64,000 bases of DNA from Candidatus Poribacteria bacterium (GCA_965198235.1 OZ240248.1:160001-224000); one strand, 5' to 3'; numbered from the stretch's first letter, positions 17,939 to 28,622 are shown. The notes: generated by a model from the letters alone, not told the origin. Program-made: numbers and translations.

Positions 17939-19348
17939 TTAATCTACGATTAAGGGGAGTTGTTGTGAGGATTCTTCCACAAATGGAATCGGATATTTTC
18001 CATCAAAACAGGTGGTACAAAAATCCTGAGGTGTTTCCACGGATTGGAGCATTCCCTCAATACTCAGATAACCCAGACTGTCAGCGCGGATATACTTGCG
18101 GATTTCCTCAATTGTATGTGAACTCGCAATTAATTCACTACGGGTCGGCGTGTCTACACCATAGAAACATGCGAATTTATTCGGAGGGGATGCAATGCGC
18201 AGATGGACGGCTGTCGCGCCGCCTTGCCGAACGATCTTGATGAGTTTCCTGCTGTTTGTCCCCCGCATGATTGAGTCGTCTACAAGCACGACCCGTTTAC
18301 CGCGCAGCACATCGCGCACTGGGTTCAGTTTTATCTTCACCATCAGCTCTCGGACATCCTGCGTCGGGTTCATGAAGGAACGACCGACGAAAGTGTTCCG
18401 AGAAAGCCCTAAATCGAACGGGATGCCAGATTCTTCGGCGTATCCGAGAGCGGCGATTGTTGCAGAATCAGGCACTGGGATAACAACATCTGCTTTGACG
18501 GGGTGTTCGCGGGCGAGTTGTCTGCCGAATTCACGGCGCGTGTTGTTTACACTCTGCCCAAACATCATGCTATCTGGTCGCGCCAAGTAGATATATTCAA
18601 AGATGCACTGCGATAATTGCGATTGTCTTTTATGAAAGCGAAACGACTCTACACCGCGATAGTTGGAACGTGTAAATACTAACTCCCCTGGCTCTATCTC
18701 ACGTATTGGTTCCGCTTCAATCACATCAAGCGCACACGTCTCGGAAGCTAACACGTATGCGTTACCGAGCTTACCGAGCCAGAGAGGTCGAAATCCGTGG
18801 GCATCGCGGGCTCCTATCAGCGTGTTTTTATCCATGCATACAAACGAATACGCACCCTCAATACTTCGCAGCGCGTCAATAATTCTATATTCCAACGCCT
18901 GCTTCCGAGAGTGCGCTATCAAGTGGAAAATGACTTCAGTATCCAAACTCGTGCTAAAGATGGAACCGGCATCCTCTAAGTGATTCCGAACTTGCGGCGC
19001 ATTGACGAGATTGCCATTGTGACCGAGGGCGAGGGGACCTTGCTTGTAGTTCCGAACCAAAGGCTGCGCGTTTTCAAGCGTGCTTGCCCCTGCTGTTGAA
19101 TAGCGGTTGTGTCCGATAGCGATATGCCCTTCCAGTCCCGCCAAAGCCTCAGTGGTGAAGACAGAATGAACAAGTCCCATACCGTGGTGGTATGTGAACT
19201 TCTCTCCGTCTGACGCGACAATACCGCTACTTTCCTGACCCCGATGCTGAAGGGCGCGTAACCCCAAATACGTCAATTCTACCGCTTTTGGATGGCCGAA
19301 AACGCCGAACACACCGCATTCGTCCTTTGGTTTATCATCGTATTGCAT
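17939..19348 (-). CDS. purF: Amidophosphoribosyltransferase
   Basis: ECGVFG, QHRGQE, HNGNL, VDDSIMRGT, C..CF. Confidence 0.97.
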   Translation of the reverse strand: MQYDDKPKDECGVFGVFGHPKAVELTYLGLRALQHRGQESSGIVASDGEKFTYHHGMGLVHSVFTTEALAGLEGHIAIGHNRYSTAGASTLENAQPLVRNYKQGPLALGHNGNLVNAPQVRNHLEDAGSIFSTSLDTEVIFHLIAHSRKQALEYRIIDALRSIEGAYSFVCMDKNTLIGARDAHGFRPLWLGKLGNAYVLASETCALDVIEAEPIREIEPGELVFTRSNYRGVESFRFHKRQSQLSQCIFEYIYLARPDSMMFGQSVNNTRREFGRQLAREHPVKADVVIPVPDSATIAALGYAEESGIPFDLGLSRNTFVGRSFMNPTQDVRELMVKIKLNPVRDVLRGKRVVLVDDSIMRGTNSRKLIKIVRQGGATAVHLRIASPPNKFACFYGVDTPTRSELIASSHTIEEIRKYIRADSLGYLSIEGMLQSVETPQDFCTTCFDGKYPIPFVEESSQQLPLIVD

Positions 19349-19420
19349 TTTGATGGGTGAAACCTCCAGCGTGCACGCTTGAATTTTCGCAACTGTTCAT
19401 TAAAGAACCCTTTCGTGAAT

Positions 19421-19963
19421 TTAAGCCTGTTCTGCACTCACTTCCGTGTTTTCTACCGGTGTTAACCTGTATCCTAATATTGCACCGATAGGAACAGCAA
19501 GAATGTACCAGATTTCGACTGGCAAACCGAGGTGCACCCACCCGCGCATGGGTAACGAGATAATATACGCAAGTGTTTTAAGAACTGGCAGGAGCAACGC
19601 CAAGATCAGATTTGGTCTGCCAAATATTTCCCATGGAACGTTGAGTAAGGCAAGCAAACCGACGACAGCAGGTGGACCCAAAAATGCACCCGAACAAAGC
19701 GGTTTTAGAGGAACATCGGTGCCAAATTTTCGACTCACAAAGCGGATCCCTGTGCTTGCCCCCATAATCACAATCCCGTATGTGACGCTCAACGAGATGA
19801 GGAGGAATAAACCTACCCAGAAACCGTGGCTGACTCGGTTTCCAAGTAGTAATTGCCAAATAAAATTCTCAAATATCAGCAGGCAAATCCACCCGCTTAC
19901 CAGTCCGATGATACTCCCTGCAGCGATTTGCCCAAGCGTTAGTGTTATATTATTTTTTGCCAT
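19421..19963 (-). CDS. Hypothetical multi-TM membrane protein
   Basis: About four hydrophobic helices, ATG start. Confidence 0.7.
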   Translation of the reverse strand: MAKNNITLTLGQIAAGSIIGLVSGWICLLIFENFIWQLLLGNRVSHGFWVGLFLLISLSVTYGIVIMGASTGIRFVSRKFGTDVPLKPLCSGAFLGPPAVVGLLALLNVPWEIFGRPNLILALLLPVLKTLAYIISLPMRGWVHLGLPVEIWYILAVPIGAILGYRLTPVENTEVSAEQA

Positions 19964-19982
19964 ATAGCCTAACTCTCTTTTC

Positions 19983-20093
19983 GACTTACGCGATTCATCA
20001 GTTCTTGCTTTTCAAATCATCCTTACTAAAGCGTAGGAATTACAAACCCTTCCTACAAAAGGTAGGCAGACCAAACCGATTCGGCGGAAGCCT
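19983..20093 (+). repeat. Degenerate MITE-like repeat, copy 1
   Basis: Starts GACTTACGC (IS701 TIR core); aligns by eye with 21459-21568. Confidence 0.65.
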
Positions 20094-20118
20094 TGTAAGA
20101 AAAAAGTTTTGAAATTTC

Positions 20119-21267
20119 TCAATTTCTTTTCAAAATAACAATCCGGTTGCTGTTTGTGCCCTTCCTGTTATTGGAAACCCCCCAGCAATTTGCCGTTTTT
20201 GTAAAATGCTGATCGTTAATCATCAGTTTTTCAGGCATAAGCCCAGCATCCAATGACGCTTTGACAACAGCGTTCTCTAAAAAGACAGTTCCATTCCGGA
20301 CCTCCCCGACTTCAAATGCGACCCGTCCTCCATGCTTCAATACCCGACGCAGTTCCACAAAGACATCTGTCATCCGAGTAACCCAATCCTCCAGCGATTT
20401 TAATTGCCAAATTTTGCCCTGTTCAATTTCTACACCACAAAACCACATCCGTAACCAGTTATCTTGCATATAGTCAATAGTGTCAAGAAAAGGTGGCGAA
20501 GTGACAACCAAATCAACTGATTCGTCCTCAATTTGAGGAGTTCTGTCGGCGGATTCGGTAAGAAGCAAAGCATCATCACGCCAAAAATGATCCGGTAGAC
20601 TATGCCTCAACAACTGCTTCGATTTGCGGTGTATCAGAGCCCTCGTATCCCGATATTCAGGTTTCTGATTTCGTTTTTCGTTGATTCTTCGTTGAGAAGC
20701 AACCGAAGCTGCAAGATTCGGTGGAAGGGTGAAGACTGAGAAAAAACCGCTAGAATGCCCCGTCAACCGACTAGATGCCACCATTTGTAACCATGCATCG
20801 ACAGGGTCAAGTTGTTTTTGTTGGAAATAGGAACGCCATCCGTAAATCTCTTGCAGTGTGTCCTCGTGAAAAAAGACGAGGAGTTCTTTGTCTATTCCTT
20901 CGCCAGTAGATAGGTTGATTTCCTGTAACCGCTTTTCCATCTCTGCTAACGTCGGTGGGTTGAGACGAGGATATGTGAGGATTTTAGACAATGGATTCAC
21001 ATCATTGCCAATGACACGGTGCCCGTGCAACTGTGCTTCTACCAATGTTGTCCCCCGTCCCATAAACGGATCATAAACTACAGATTCCGATTCGCAGAAC
21101 TTCTGGATGAAATATCCCGGTAACTGCGGTTTGTAACAGGCACGATATGAAACCTCATGAAGAGAATGTCCAGCGCGTTGTTTCGCTGTCCAAAACTCCT
21201 CTACATGAGTAGGGAGGTGAATCGTATAATCGTTGGGTCTGTTAAAATCAAAGGCTAATTGCATCAT
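20119..21267 (-). CDS. Orphan amino DNA methyltransferase (N4-cytosine-like)
   Basis: YDPFMGRGTT (motif I) precedes VVTSPPF (motif IV). Confidence 0.88.
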   Translation of the reverse strand: MMQLAFDFNRPNDYTIHLPTHVEEFWTAKQRAGHSLHEVSYRACYKPQLPGYFIQKFCESESVVYDPFMGRGTTLVEAQLHGHRVIGNDVNPLSKILTYPRLNPPTLAEMEKRLQEINLSTGEGIDKELLVFFHEDTLQEIYGWRSYFQQKQLDPVDAWLQMVASSRLTGHSSGFFSVFTLPPNLAASVASQRRINEKRNQKPEYRDTRALIHRKSKQLLRHSLPDHFWRDDALLLTESADRTPQIEDESVDLVVTSPPFLDTIDYMQDNWLRMWFCGVEIEQGKIWQLKSLEDWVTRMTDVFVELRRVLKHGGRVAFEVGEVRNGTVFLENAVVKASLDAGLMPEKLMINDQHFTKTANCWGVSNNRKGTNSNRIVILKRN

Positions 21268-21458
21268 ACACTATGAACAATCTCCCTATGGCAATGAATT
21301 TGCGGACTAGATTATTTTACTATAGTGATGCCACTTGCCAATATCTTGTGATTCACAGAGGCTTCAAGCCTAACATTCACGGCAGTTGTAGGTTCAAGGA
21401 AGTCCAATCGAATAGCGTCACTTGAATAGTATATCACAAAAGCAAAAAGATACAAGTT

Positions 21459-21568
21459 CAGGACTTACGCAGGGCATCGTTCCTTGCTTTTCAAACCCTT
21501 CCTCTAAAGAGTGAGAGTCATAACCACTCCTACAAGAGACAGACTATACCAATTCGGCAGAAGGCCTA
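21459..21568 (+). repeat. Degenerate MITE-like repeat, copy 2
   Basis: Starts CAGGACTTACGCA; shares CTTGCTTTTCAAA, TCCTACAA and ATTCGGC blocks with copy 1. Confidence 0.7.
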
Positions 21569-21791
21569 TTAAACTTAATTCTATTGTATCACGATGCAAC
21601 ATTATTGTCAAAATAATCTCATCTTTTTTCTATCAGAGAATTGGTTTGACACAATTTTGGTTTTCAATTAAACTATTTCCACGAATTGCAGTTCTTACGT
21701 TCGATCTCTTATCGTAAGCGGCGGATTCAGTGCCGTTTCCAAATTGTGCAATTAAGGCACAATTTGTCTTTGTTTTACATTGGAGGCTCTC

Positions 21792-22436
21792 ATGTCGGAA
21801 ATTCTCGTGTTATCAGGTGAGAATCACGGTTTCAATGCAAGTGCCAGCGTCATTCACGATTTTCTCTCCGAAGATGCTAATATTTCAGCGGCGTTAACTG
21901 ACGATAAAGGAATTTTAGCATCAGCGGAGTTGAATACCTACGATGCGTGCGTCTTTGGCACCGGCTTCACGCGTACAGAGCGTCAAGCCGACGGCTCCAC
22001 CGCTCGTATCTCCGATTTAGCACCAGCTGAAGAAGATGGCTTGTACCAATTTGTCAGTAGCGGCAAAGGGTTGGTCGGTATTCACGGCACCGCATGGTGG
22101 ATCGGTGGTCGCGCCGTGGATCTTATCGGTGGACATTCCAATTGGCATCCACCCGGCTCGACTTTCACTGTCCATATTGAGGATAGCGAACATCCGACGA
22201 CCCAAGGTATTGAAGATTTTGATGTGGAAGATGAGATCTATATCTCTGCACACGATCCGCACATTCACGTGTTGGCATCCGCTGAGTGGTTCGGCAAAGC
22301 ACATCCCATGGCGTGGGTGAAGTCTTACGGTTCTGGACGTGTCTTTTACACCACTTTAGGGCACGGACCGGGAACCTTCGAGCGCGCAGGAATGCAGAAG
22401 TTCCTCACTCAAGGCGTGAAATGGGCGGCATCGTAA
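21792..22436 (+). CDS. ThuA-like domain protein
   Basis: GKGLVGIH, HP, DEIY, GRVFYTTLGH. Confidence 0.88.
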   Translation: MSEILVLSGENHGFNASASVIHDFLSEDANISAALTDDKGILASAELNTYDACVFGTGFTRTERQADGSTARISDLAPAEEDGLYQFVSSGKGLVGIHGTAWWIGGRAVDLIGGHSNWHPPGSTFTVHIEDSEHPTTQGIEDFDVEDEIYISAHDPHIHVLASAEWFGKAHPMAWVKSYGSGRVFYTTLGHGPGTFERAGMQKFLTQGVKWAAS

Positions 22437-22489
22437 TAACCCGTGAGGCGAGGCACCCATGTCTCGCCGCTCCATTATCTGAGATGGAA

Positions 22490-23569
22490 ATGCCCATACT
22501 AAAAATCACGAACATAGAGACTACGGTCGTTCAGGTAAATGACCGCGGTAATTGGCTCTTCGTCAAGGTACATGCTGACGATGGCACAATCGGCATCGGC
22601 GAGGCTTCCCACGGCAGGAATGACGCGCACGTTCAACACGTCATTAACACCCTCAAATCTACGCTCGTCGGATGGAATCCATTTCAACTGGAGGCATTTC
22701 GCCAGCGTTTCTATCACGACTCTGAAAGCCACACCTACCATACCGCTCTCAGCGGGATCGAGCAGGCGATGTGTGATCTGATAGGTAAGGCTCTAAATGT
22801 GCCGAGTTATCAATTGTTGGGTGGCAAGTGCCGAGAAAAAATCCGTCTCTACGCAAATATTAACCGCGCAACAGTCGATCGCAGTCCTCTCGGTTTTGCT
22901 CACAATGCCGAGCGCGCCGTTGCCGAAGGGTTTACCGCCATAAAATGCGCGCCCTTTGACGATGTTTCCGTCGCGAATGTTTCGCGCGGAACGCTAACCC
23001 CTGCTATCTGCGCCGGAATTGATCGCGTCCGCACAATTCGCACCGCAATTGGTGCAGATATCGATCTCATGGTGGATTGCCATAGTCGTTTTAATCCGGG
23101 TATTCTCATCCAAGTCGCTAAGGAACTCGAGGATTTGCACCTCTTCTGGATTGAGGATGCCGTGCCGCTGGATAATCTCGATGCCTTCGCCTATATAAGT
23201 CAATCCATTGGTATCCCGATTGCCACCGGCGAGCGCTTACGAACTCTCACAGACTTTGATAGGTTGCTAACCCAAGCACACGTTGATTATATTTTACCGG
23301 ATGTCAAGCATGTTGGCGGAATTTCGGGTTTGAAAAAAGTCGCGACGCTTGCTGCTGCGAGAAACATCATGGTAACACCTCACAATCCGAGCGGTCCCGT
23401 CGCGACCGCCGCGAGTGTGCAATGCATGGCGAGTGTCCCGAATTTCGCAATCCTTGAATACGCATGGGGCGAAGTAGACTGGCGCGCTTCTCTTATTGAT
23501 CCACCGGAAGAAATCCTTGATGGATTTATTGAAGTGCCTTCCCGAACCGGATTAGGCATTACGTTCTAA
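22490..23569 (+). CDS. Enolase-superfamily acid-sugar dehydratase (galactonate dehydratase-like)
   Basis: WLFVKV, GIGEA, VDCH, GERL, PHNPSGP. Confidence 0.85.
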   Translation: MPILKITNIETTVVQVNDRGNWLFVKVHADDGTIGIGEASHGRNDAHVQHVINTLKSTLVGWNPFQLEAFRQRFYHDSESHTYHTALSGIEQAMCDLIGKALNVPSYQLLGGKCREKIRLYANINRATVDRSPLGFAHNAERAVAEGFTAIKCAPFDDVSVANVSRGTLTPAICAGIDRVRTIRTAIGADIDLMVDCHSRFNPGILIQVAKELEDLHLFWIEDAVPLDNLDAFAYISQSIGIPIATGERLRTLTDFDRLLTQAHVDYILPDVKHVGGISGLKKVATLAAARNIMVTPHNPSGPVATAASVQCMASVPNFAILEYAWGEVDWRASLIDPPEEILDGFIEVPSRTGLGITF

Positions 23570-23588
23570 AATATATCAGGAGCGATAA

Positions 23589-24365
23589 ATGATACTTTGC
23601 AATCTTGACAGGCAAGCTATCTCGAAATTTATTCCCCTTTGTCTCTTTCTACTCGTCGTTACCCTTGCTGGATGCCTCGGAAATCTGCAGACGATGCAAA
23701 CGGCAACCGACGCGCCTGCCCCCGCTACAGAGACAGAGGAATCACCACGTCCGCTCGTCGAACTTCAACTTTCGACCCCTAAAACAAATTATGCCGCGAA
23801 GGAAGAGATCCCCCTTGAACTCAATATTCAGAACGGTAAATTTGACCTTCTTGTGCCTTCTTTTAGCGTTGCGACAAAGGGAGCCTTTACGCAGATAACA
23901 GTGACGGACGCGAACGGACAAGTTGTCGAACCGAAACGCGCAATTACACAAGAGAATCCACAGAAATATGTAACGCAAGACGGAAAATCCATCCGATGTA
24001 TTCACGGATTTGAACTCAAAGCCGACGCACGTCAGGAACTGAAATTGAAAGATATACAGCGATACTATCAGTTACAACCCGGTACTTACACGATAACACT
24101 TACGATTGAGTTGGAAGTTTACCGAGAATCTATAATCGAGGAACATCCGGAAGTACTTGAGTTGCAACGTGATCTCGCACGGATCCAGAGAGATCCAAAT
24201 CTTCAAACAGCTGCAAAGCAGGACGCTCTCAATTACTACCAAGAACAGATTAAATTTATTAAAGAGAGACACAAGGATGAAGTGAAGGACATTTACTTAC
24301 CTGTCAAATCACGTCGTGGGAAGACATCACTTGTATCTAACGAAATCACACTAACGATAAAGTAG
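23589..24365 (+). CDS. Lipoprotein of unknown function (paralog 1)
   Basis: Lipobox LAGC; similar along its length to the next gene. Confidence 0.75.
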   Translation: MILCNLDRQAISKFIPLCLFLLVVTLAGCLGNLQTMQTATDAPAPATETEESPRPLVELQLSTPKTNYAAKEEIPLELNIQNGKFDLLVPSFSVATKGAFTQITVTDANGQVVEPKRAITQENPQKYVTQDGKSIRCIHGFELKADARQELKLKDIQRYYQLQPGTYTITLTIELEVYRESIIEEHPEVLELQRDLARIQRDPNLQTAAKQDALNYYQEQIKFIKERHKDEVKDIYLPVKSRRGKTSLVSNEITLTIK

Positions 24366-24373
24366 CGTTCTCT

Positions 24374-25099
24374 ATGAAAATATTTAAAAACCTTGCGTTT
24401 CCTTGTCTATTTCTGATTTTTAGTGTGGCAGGGTGCGTCACAAGTTCGCAAACCCCCTCTCTACCAACGGATGTAGCGACTGCTACTTCAGGTGTTGTCC
24501 TCTCTCTTACCACGCCGAGATTAACTTACGCGCCCAAAGAACCTATCTCTCTTGAACTCAGTATTCAGGGCGGCGAGTTTAATCTGCTCGTTCCTTTTGC
24601 CAATGTCGCAACAGCCGGTGCGTTTACCCAATTGAAAGTAACCGATACCAACGGCAACATTGTCGAACCCAATCGCTCGATTACACTGCCCAGTACAGAA
24701 GAAATTTTTATCGAAAAAGAGGGTAAATCTATCCAGTATATCCGAGGATTTGAATTGAAATCTGCCGCGACACAGATTGTCTCTTTGGCAGATGTGCGAA
24801 AATATTATGAGTTTCAGAAAGGTAATTACACAATCGTACTCACGATGGCGTTACCGGTTTACCGAGATTTTTTGAAAAAGCGACATCCAGAGGTCATAGA
24901 ATTAGAGGAGGAGATTAAGCGGATTCAGAAGATCACAGACGCACATGTTTCCGCTGCCGACAAACGTTCCGCAGTGAACGACCTACAACAACAGATTGAA
25001 CGCCTCGAAAAGAAATCCAACGATATCTACTTGCCTATCAGATCGCTGCTCGGTCCGGCATCGCTCACGTCCAACAGTGTTGTTCTGACAATAGAATAG
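24374..25099 (+). CDS. Lipoprotein of unknown function (paralog 2)
   Basis: Lipobox VAGC; shared GAFTQ, GFELK, HPEV and DIYLP blocks. Confidence 0.75.
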   Translation: MKIFKNLAFPCLFLIFSVAGCVTSSQTPSLPTDVATATSGVVLSLTTPRLTYAPKEPISLELSIQGGEFNLLVPFANVATAGAFTQLKVTDTNGNIVEPNRSITLPSTEEIFIEKEGKSIQYIRGFELKSAATQIVSLADVRKYYEFQKGNYTIVLTMALPVYRDFLKKRHPEVIELEEEIKRIQKITDAHVSAADKRSAVNDLQQQIERLEKKSNDIYLPIRSLLGPASLTSNSVVLTIE

Positions 25100-25292
25100 G
25101 GATTTGGCAAAGTATTTAATCTGTGTATCAGATCTGAGTTATGCCAACTGCTACGACGCTTAGCCAAATATCTCAGATACCACATATTGATTACGGAGAA
25201 TCCTAATTAGGATGGTATACAATTTGCTATGGTGTACACAACACCTATAAATTACTCACCCGATGTTTTCTGCACAGGTTAAAAATTTTTAC

Positions 25293-25321
25293 TTGCAAAT
25301 TGGCGTAAAATGATATATAAT
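25293..25321 (+). promoter_or_regulatory. Sigma70-type promoter of the nuo operon
   Basis: TTGCAA-17 bp-TATAAT. Confidence 0.7.
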
Positions 25322-25388
25322 TTTAACTAACGAAATCGTATATGCACGAAAGTTTTCGCGACATCGCGGTTCTCAAGGATAATCCAGA

Positions 25389-25799
25389 ATGCTTTTTAAC
25401 TTTGCAAATGTGCTAATCTTCTTGATCGTTGGCTGTTTATTTGTCGTTCTAAACCTTACTGTCTCTCGCCTCCTCCAGACTAAGCTGTTCTCAGGCGAAA
25501 AGTATATCCCCTATGAATGCGGCGAAGATCCGATCGGTGATACGCGGATTAAGTTTAACACCCGTTTTTACGTCATCGCGCTCATTTTCCTAATCTTCGA
25601 CGTGGAAGCCGTGTTTCTTTTCCCGTGGGCGGTCGTCTTCCGGGACTTCGGGCTTTTCGCATTTTTGGAGATGCTCGTTTTCATCGCTATTCTGTTAGTC
25701 GGGCTTGCCTACGTCTGGGCAAAAGGAGATCTGGAGTGGATCCGATCCACGCAGTTGGAAGTCCAATCCGTCCGGAGGGAAGAAAGTTATGATAATTGA
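25389..25799 (+). CDS. nuoA: NADH-quinone oxidoreductase subunit A
   Basis: [20 protein letters not shown]. Confidence 0.96.
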   Translation: MLFNFANVLIFLIVGCLFVVLNLTVSRLLQTKLFSGEKYIPYECGEDPIGDTRIKFNTRFYVIALIFLIFDVEAVFLFPWAVVFRDFGLFAFLEMLVFIAILLVGLAYVWAKGDLEWIRSTQLEVQSVRREESYDN

Positions 25800-26370
25800 T
25801 GAAAAACTGGACAAAAATGTTATTGTTACCTCAGTTGATGCCGTCGCCAACTGGGCACGCGCCTCTGCACTCTGGCCCATGACGTTCGGACTCGCCTGCT
25901 GCGCCATTGAATTTATGGCAACCGCCGCTTCCAATTACGATTTGGACCGATTCGGGGCAGGTGTGCCGCGCGCGACCCCGCGTCAATCCGACCTCATGGT
26001 AATCTCTGGCACGGTGACCCTCAAAATGGCAACACGGATCAAACGGCTTTATGAACAGATGCCGGAACCGAAATACGTCATTTCGATGGGCAGTTGCGCT
26101 ACCAGTGGCGGGCCCTATTGGCAACACGGGTACCACGTCCTCAAAGGCGTTGATCGGATTATCCCTGTTGACGTTTACGTGCCTGGATGTCCTCCGCGCC
26201 CGGAAGCACTTATTGAAGGATTGCTCAAATTACAAGAGAAAATCAAAACGCAGACAGTCGCGAAACGCGATCATGTGCCGTTTTTAAAGAGACTCTTTAC
26301 CAAAACGGAGTGGTACGAGCTTGAAGAGACTGAAGCTGCAGAAGGCGATGACGCTGAAACTAACGTCTAA
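25789..26370 (+). CDS. nuoB: NADH-quinone oxidoreductase subunit B
   Basis: [26 protein letters not shown]. Confidence 0.96.
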   Translation: MIIDEKLDKNVIVTSVDAVANWARASALWPMTFGLACCAIEFMATAASNYDLDRFGAGVPRATPRQSDLMVISGTVTLKMATRIKRLYEQMPEPKYVISMGSCATSGGPYWQHGYHVLKGVDRIIPVDVYVPGCPPRPEALIEGLLKLQEKIKTQTVAKRDHVPFLKRLFTKTEWYELEETEAAEGDDAETNV

Positions 26371-26384
26371 AGGACCAGTTCGTT

Positions 26385-26450
26385 CAACGGTAGGAGCGAT
26401 TTGGAATCGCGACTTTTCCAACCAACGGTAGGAGCGATTTGGAATCGCGA
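26385..26450 (+). repeat. Two tandem GTAG-REP-like units, 38-bp period
   Basis: CAACGGTAGGAGCGATTTGGAATCGCGA twice; relatives at about 13379, 32187 (inverted) and 40568. Confidence 0.8.
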
Positions 26451-26468
26451 TCATGGAGTAGGATATTC

Positions 26469-26954
26469 GTGAAACCAGAAGAAATCTATGAAGTTCTAAC
26501 CAAACAGTTTGGTGAAGCCATCCTCGGTTTTGACACCGAACTCGCTGGTGACCCGAACATTCGCATTGCCTCCTCAGCAATCGCCGATGTGTGTCAATAT
26601 CTCGCCGAAACCGACACATTGGCATTTGATTCCCTGATGTGCCTCAGTGGTGTTGATTTGAGTGCCAACGATGAAGAACTCGCTATCGTCTACCATCTCT
26701 ATGCCATGCAGCACCGGCATAGCGTAGTTTTGAAAACGACTGTTCCGAAAACCGATCCGCACCTCCCAAGTGTTTCGCATATATGGAAAACCGCGGATTG
26801 GCACGAACGCGAAACTTATGACCTTTACGGAATCCTCTTTGAGGGACACAGCGATCTCCGCCGCATCTTGCTTCCCGATGATTGGGAGGGATACCCCCTA
26901 CGTAAGGATTACAAGGAACCTGAATTCTATCGTGGTATGCGCGTGCCGTATTAG
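26469..26954 (+). CDS. nuoC: NADH-quinone oxidoreductase subunit C
   Basis: ADWHERETYDLYGI, RRILLP, PLRKD; GTG start. Confidence 0.95.
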   Translation: MKPEEIYEVLTKQFGEAILGFDTELAGDPNIRIASSAIADVCQYLAETDTLAFDSLMCLSGVDLSANDEELAIVYHLYAMQHRHSVVLKTTVPKTDPHLPSVSHIWKTADWHERETYDLYGILFEGHSDLRRILLPDDWEGYPLRKDYKEPEFYRGMRVPY

Positions 26955-27179
26955 GGATAGGGAGATTGAGTTTTCGTCTTGTGTGGCACGATATGAAAAT
27001 GTTACACTTTTCCATTTTTTCGCAACGGACATTAAATTCAAAATGCCTCGGAACTTAGGCAGGACGCTGGTTTGTGGACGTGAATGCGAAGCATGCAATG
27101 TTACACTGGTGTAACATTTTAACGCCGGAGTAATACCCAAATTACGACACGGGCTCTCCCCGAAAAAACAGGTTCAGAT

Positions 27180-27208
27180 TTGACATTGGACGGCAAAAGT
27201 GGTATCAT
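27180..27208 (+). promoter_or_regulatory. Internal sigma70-type promoter upstream of nuoD
   Basis: TTGACA-17 bp-TATCAT. Confidence 0.6.
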
Positions 27209-27256
27209 ATATAATGGTAAAGTCCAAAAATAGGACAGAACGCGTAAGTCCTACGT

Positions 27257-27354
27257 AAAAAGAAACGCAGCTTGGAACGAAGTGGAAAGCGGATTTAAGA
27301 GATGGACGTGAAGGCTTCGACTCCGTTGTTTAACCGCAAGGTAAGTTAGAAAAA
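27257..27354 (+). repeat. About 95-bp dispersed repeat, family B
   Basis: GCTT-GGAACGAAGTGGA-AAGC...CCGCAAGGTAAGTTAGAAAA. Confidence 0.8.
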
Positions 27355-27372
27355 CGTTGCTGAACCCGTATT

Positions 27373-28578
27373 ATGGAAACTACACCACAGACTGAAAGCA
27401 AAATTATAGAGTTAAAACCGTTCGCTGATGAAATGGTCGTCAACATGGGACCTCAGCATCCAAGTACACACGGCGTGTTACGTCTGGAATTGAAATTGGA
27501 TGGTGAAATAGTTCGGGAAGCAATTCCGCACATCGGCTACCTGCACCGCTGTTTCGAGAAGCACTCCGAGAATCTCTCCTATCCTCAAATTATCCCCTTT
27601 ACCGACCGAATGGATTACGTGGCGGCGATGAACCAGAATTGGGGATTCTGTCTCGCTGTTGAGAAATTGTTGGAGGCGGATGAAAGCAAGGAATTCGAGG
27701 TGCCAGAACGGGCGGAATACCTGCGGGTGCTCATCTGTGAATTAAATCGTATTGCAAGCCATCTCCTCTCTTTTGGAACCTACGGGATGGACATCGGCGC
27801 ATTTACCCCCTTTCTCTACGCTTTCCGGGACCGAGAACGGTTACTCCTGCTTTTCGAGAAAGTGTGCGGTGCACGACTCACCTATAATTACATCCGTATC
27901 GGTGGTGTCTCCGAAATCATCCGGATAGAGCCGGGTTCCATTGCCGAACAGAATTTTTTGGACGAAATCGAAGAGTTTTTAGACTATTTTGAACCGCTGA
28001 TTGACGAATATAACGAGCTCCTGACAAAAAACAGTATTTTCTCGGAGCGCACAACGAAGGTCGCTGTTATGTCGGCGGAGATGGCATTGAGCTACGGCGC
28101 GACAGGTCCTAACCTCCGCGGTTCCGGTGTTGATTGGGATTTACGACGAGACGAACCCTACTCTATTTATGACAGGTTTGACTTTGATGTGCCTGTTGCT
28201 GTGGAAGTCCCAGAATTAGGATCGGTCGTTGGGGACTGCTGGAGTCGTTACAAAATACGCATGGATGAAATGAAACAGTCTGTCCGGATTGTACGACAGA
28301 TTTTAGCGGAAGGACTCCCCGGTGGTCCCGTCATGGCAGATTTAAAAGCCGTCCGTCCACCCAAAGGCGAAATCTATTTCCGTAGTGAAGCCCCGCGCGG
28401 TGAACTTGGGTTCTATATTGTCAGCGATGGCACACCGAAGCCAGTCCGTCTCAAGGGACGTTCCCCCTGTTTCAGTGCCTTGAGCGCACTACAGGAGCTC
28501 AGTCGAGGTTTGATGGTCGCAGATATTATCGCCATTATCGGCAGCATTGATATTGTGATGGGAGAAGTAGATCGCTAA
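27373..28578 (+). CDS. nuoD: NADH-quinone oxidoreductase subunit D
   Basis: NMGPQHPSTHGVLRL, GYLHR, EAPRGE, DIVMGEVDR. Confidence 0.97.
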   Translation: METTPQTESKIIELKPFADEMVVNMGPQHPSTHGVLRLELKLDGEIVREAIPHIGYLHRCFEKHSENLSYPQIIPFTDRMDYVAAMNQNWGFCLAVEKLLEADESKEFEVPERAEYLRVLICELNRIASHLLSFGTYGMDIGAFTPFLYAFRDRERLLLLFEKVCGARLTYNYIRIGGVSEIIRIEPGSIAEQNFLDEIEEFLDYFEPLIDEYNELLTKNSIFSERTTKVAVMSAEMALSYGATGPNLRGSGVDWDLRRDEPYSIYDRFDFDVPVAVEVPELGSVVGDCWSRYKIRMDEMKQSVRIVRQILAEGLPGGPVMADLKAVRPPKGEIYFRSEAPRGELGFYIVSDGTPKPVRLKGRSPCFSALSALQELSRGLMVADIIAIIGSIDIVMGEVDR

Positions 28579-28622
28579 ACGCGCCTCATAGCGAAGTTGA
28601 CCGAATCAGATAAGGAGGTCAG

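Noticed and set aside
21700-21745. SAM-I riboswitch-like start CTCTTATC...GCGGCGGA
   Set aside because: Lacks the downstream GGGA..GGCCC, GCAACC and closing GAT elements.
26385-26450. Mini CRISPR array
   Set aside because: Only two units with a 10-bp spacer, GTAG-REP structure, dispersed relatives and no cas genes.
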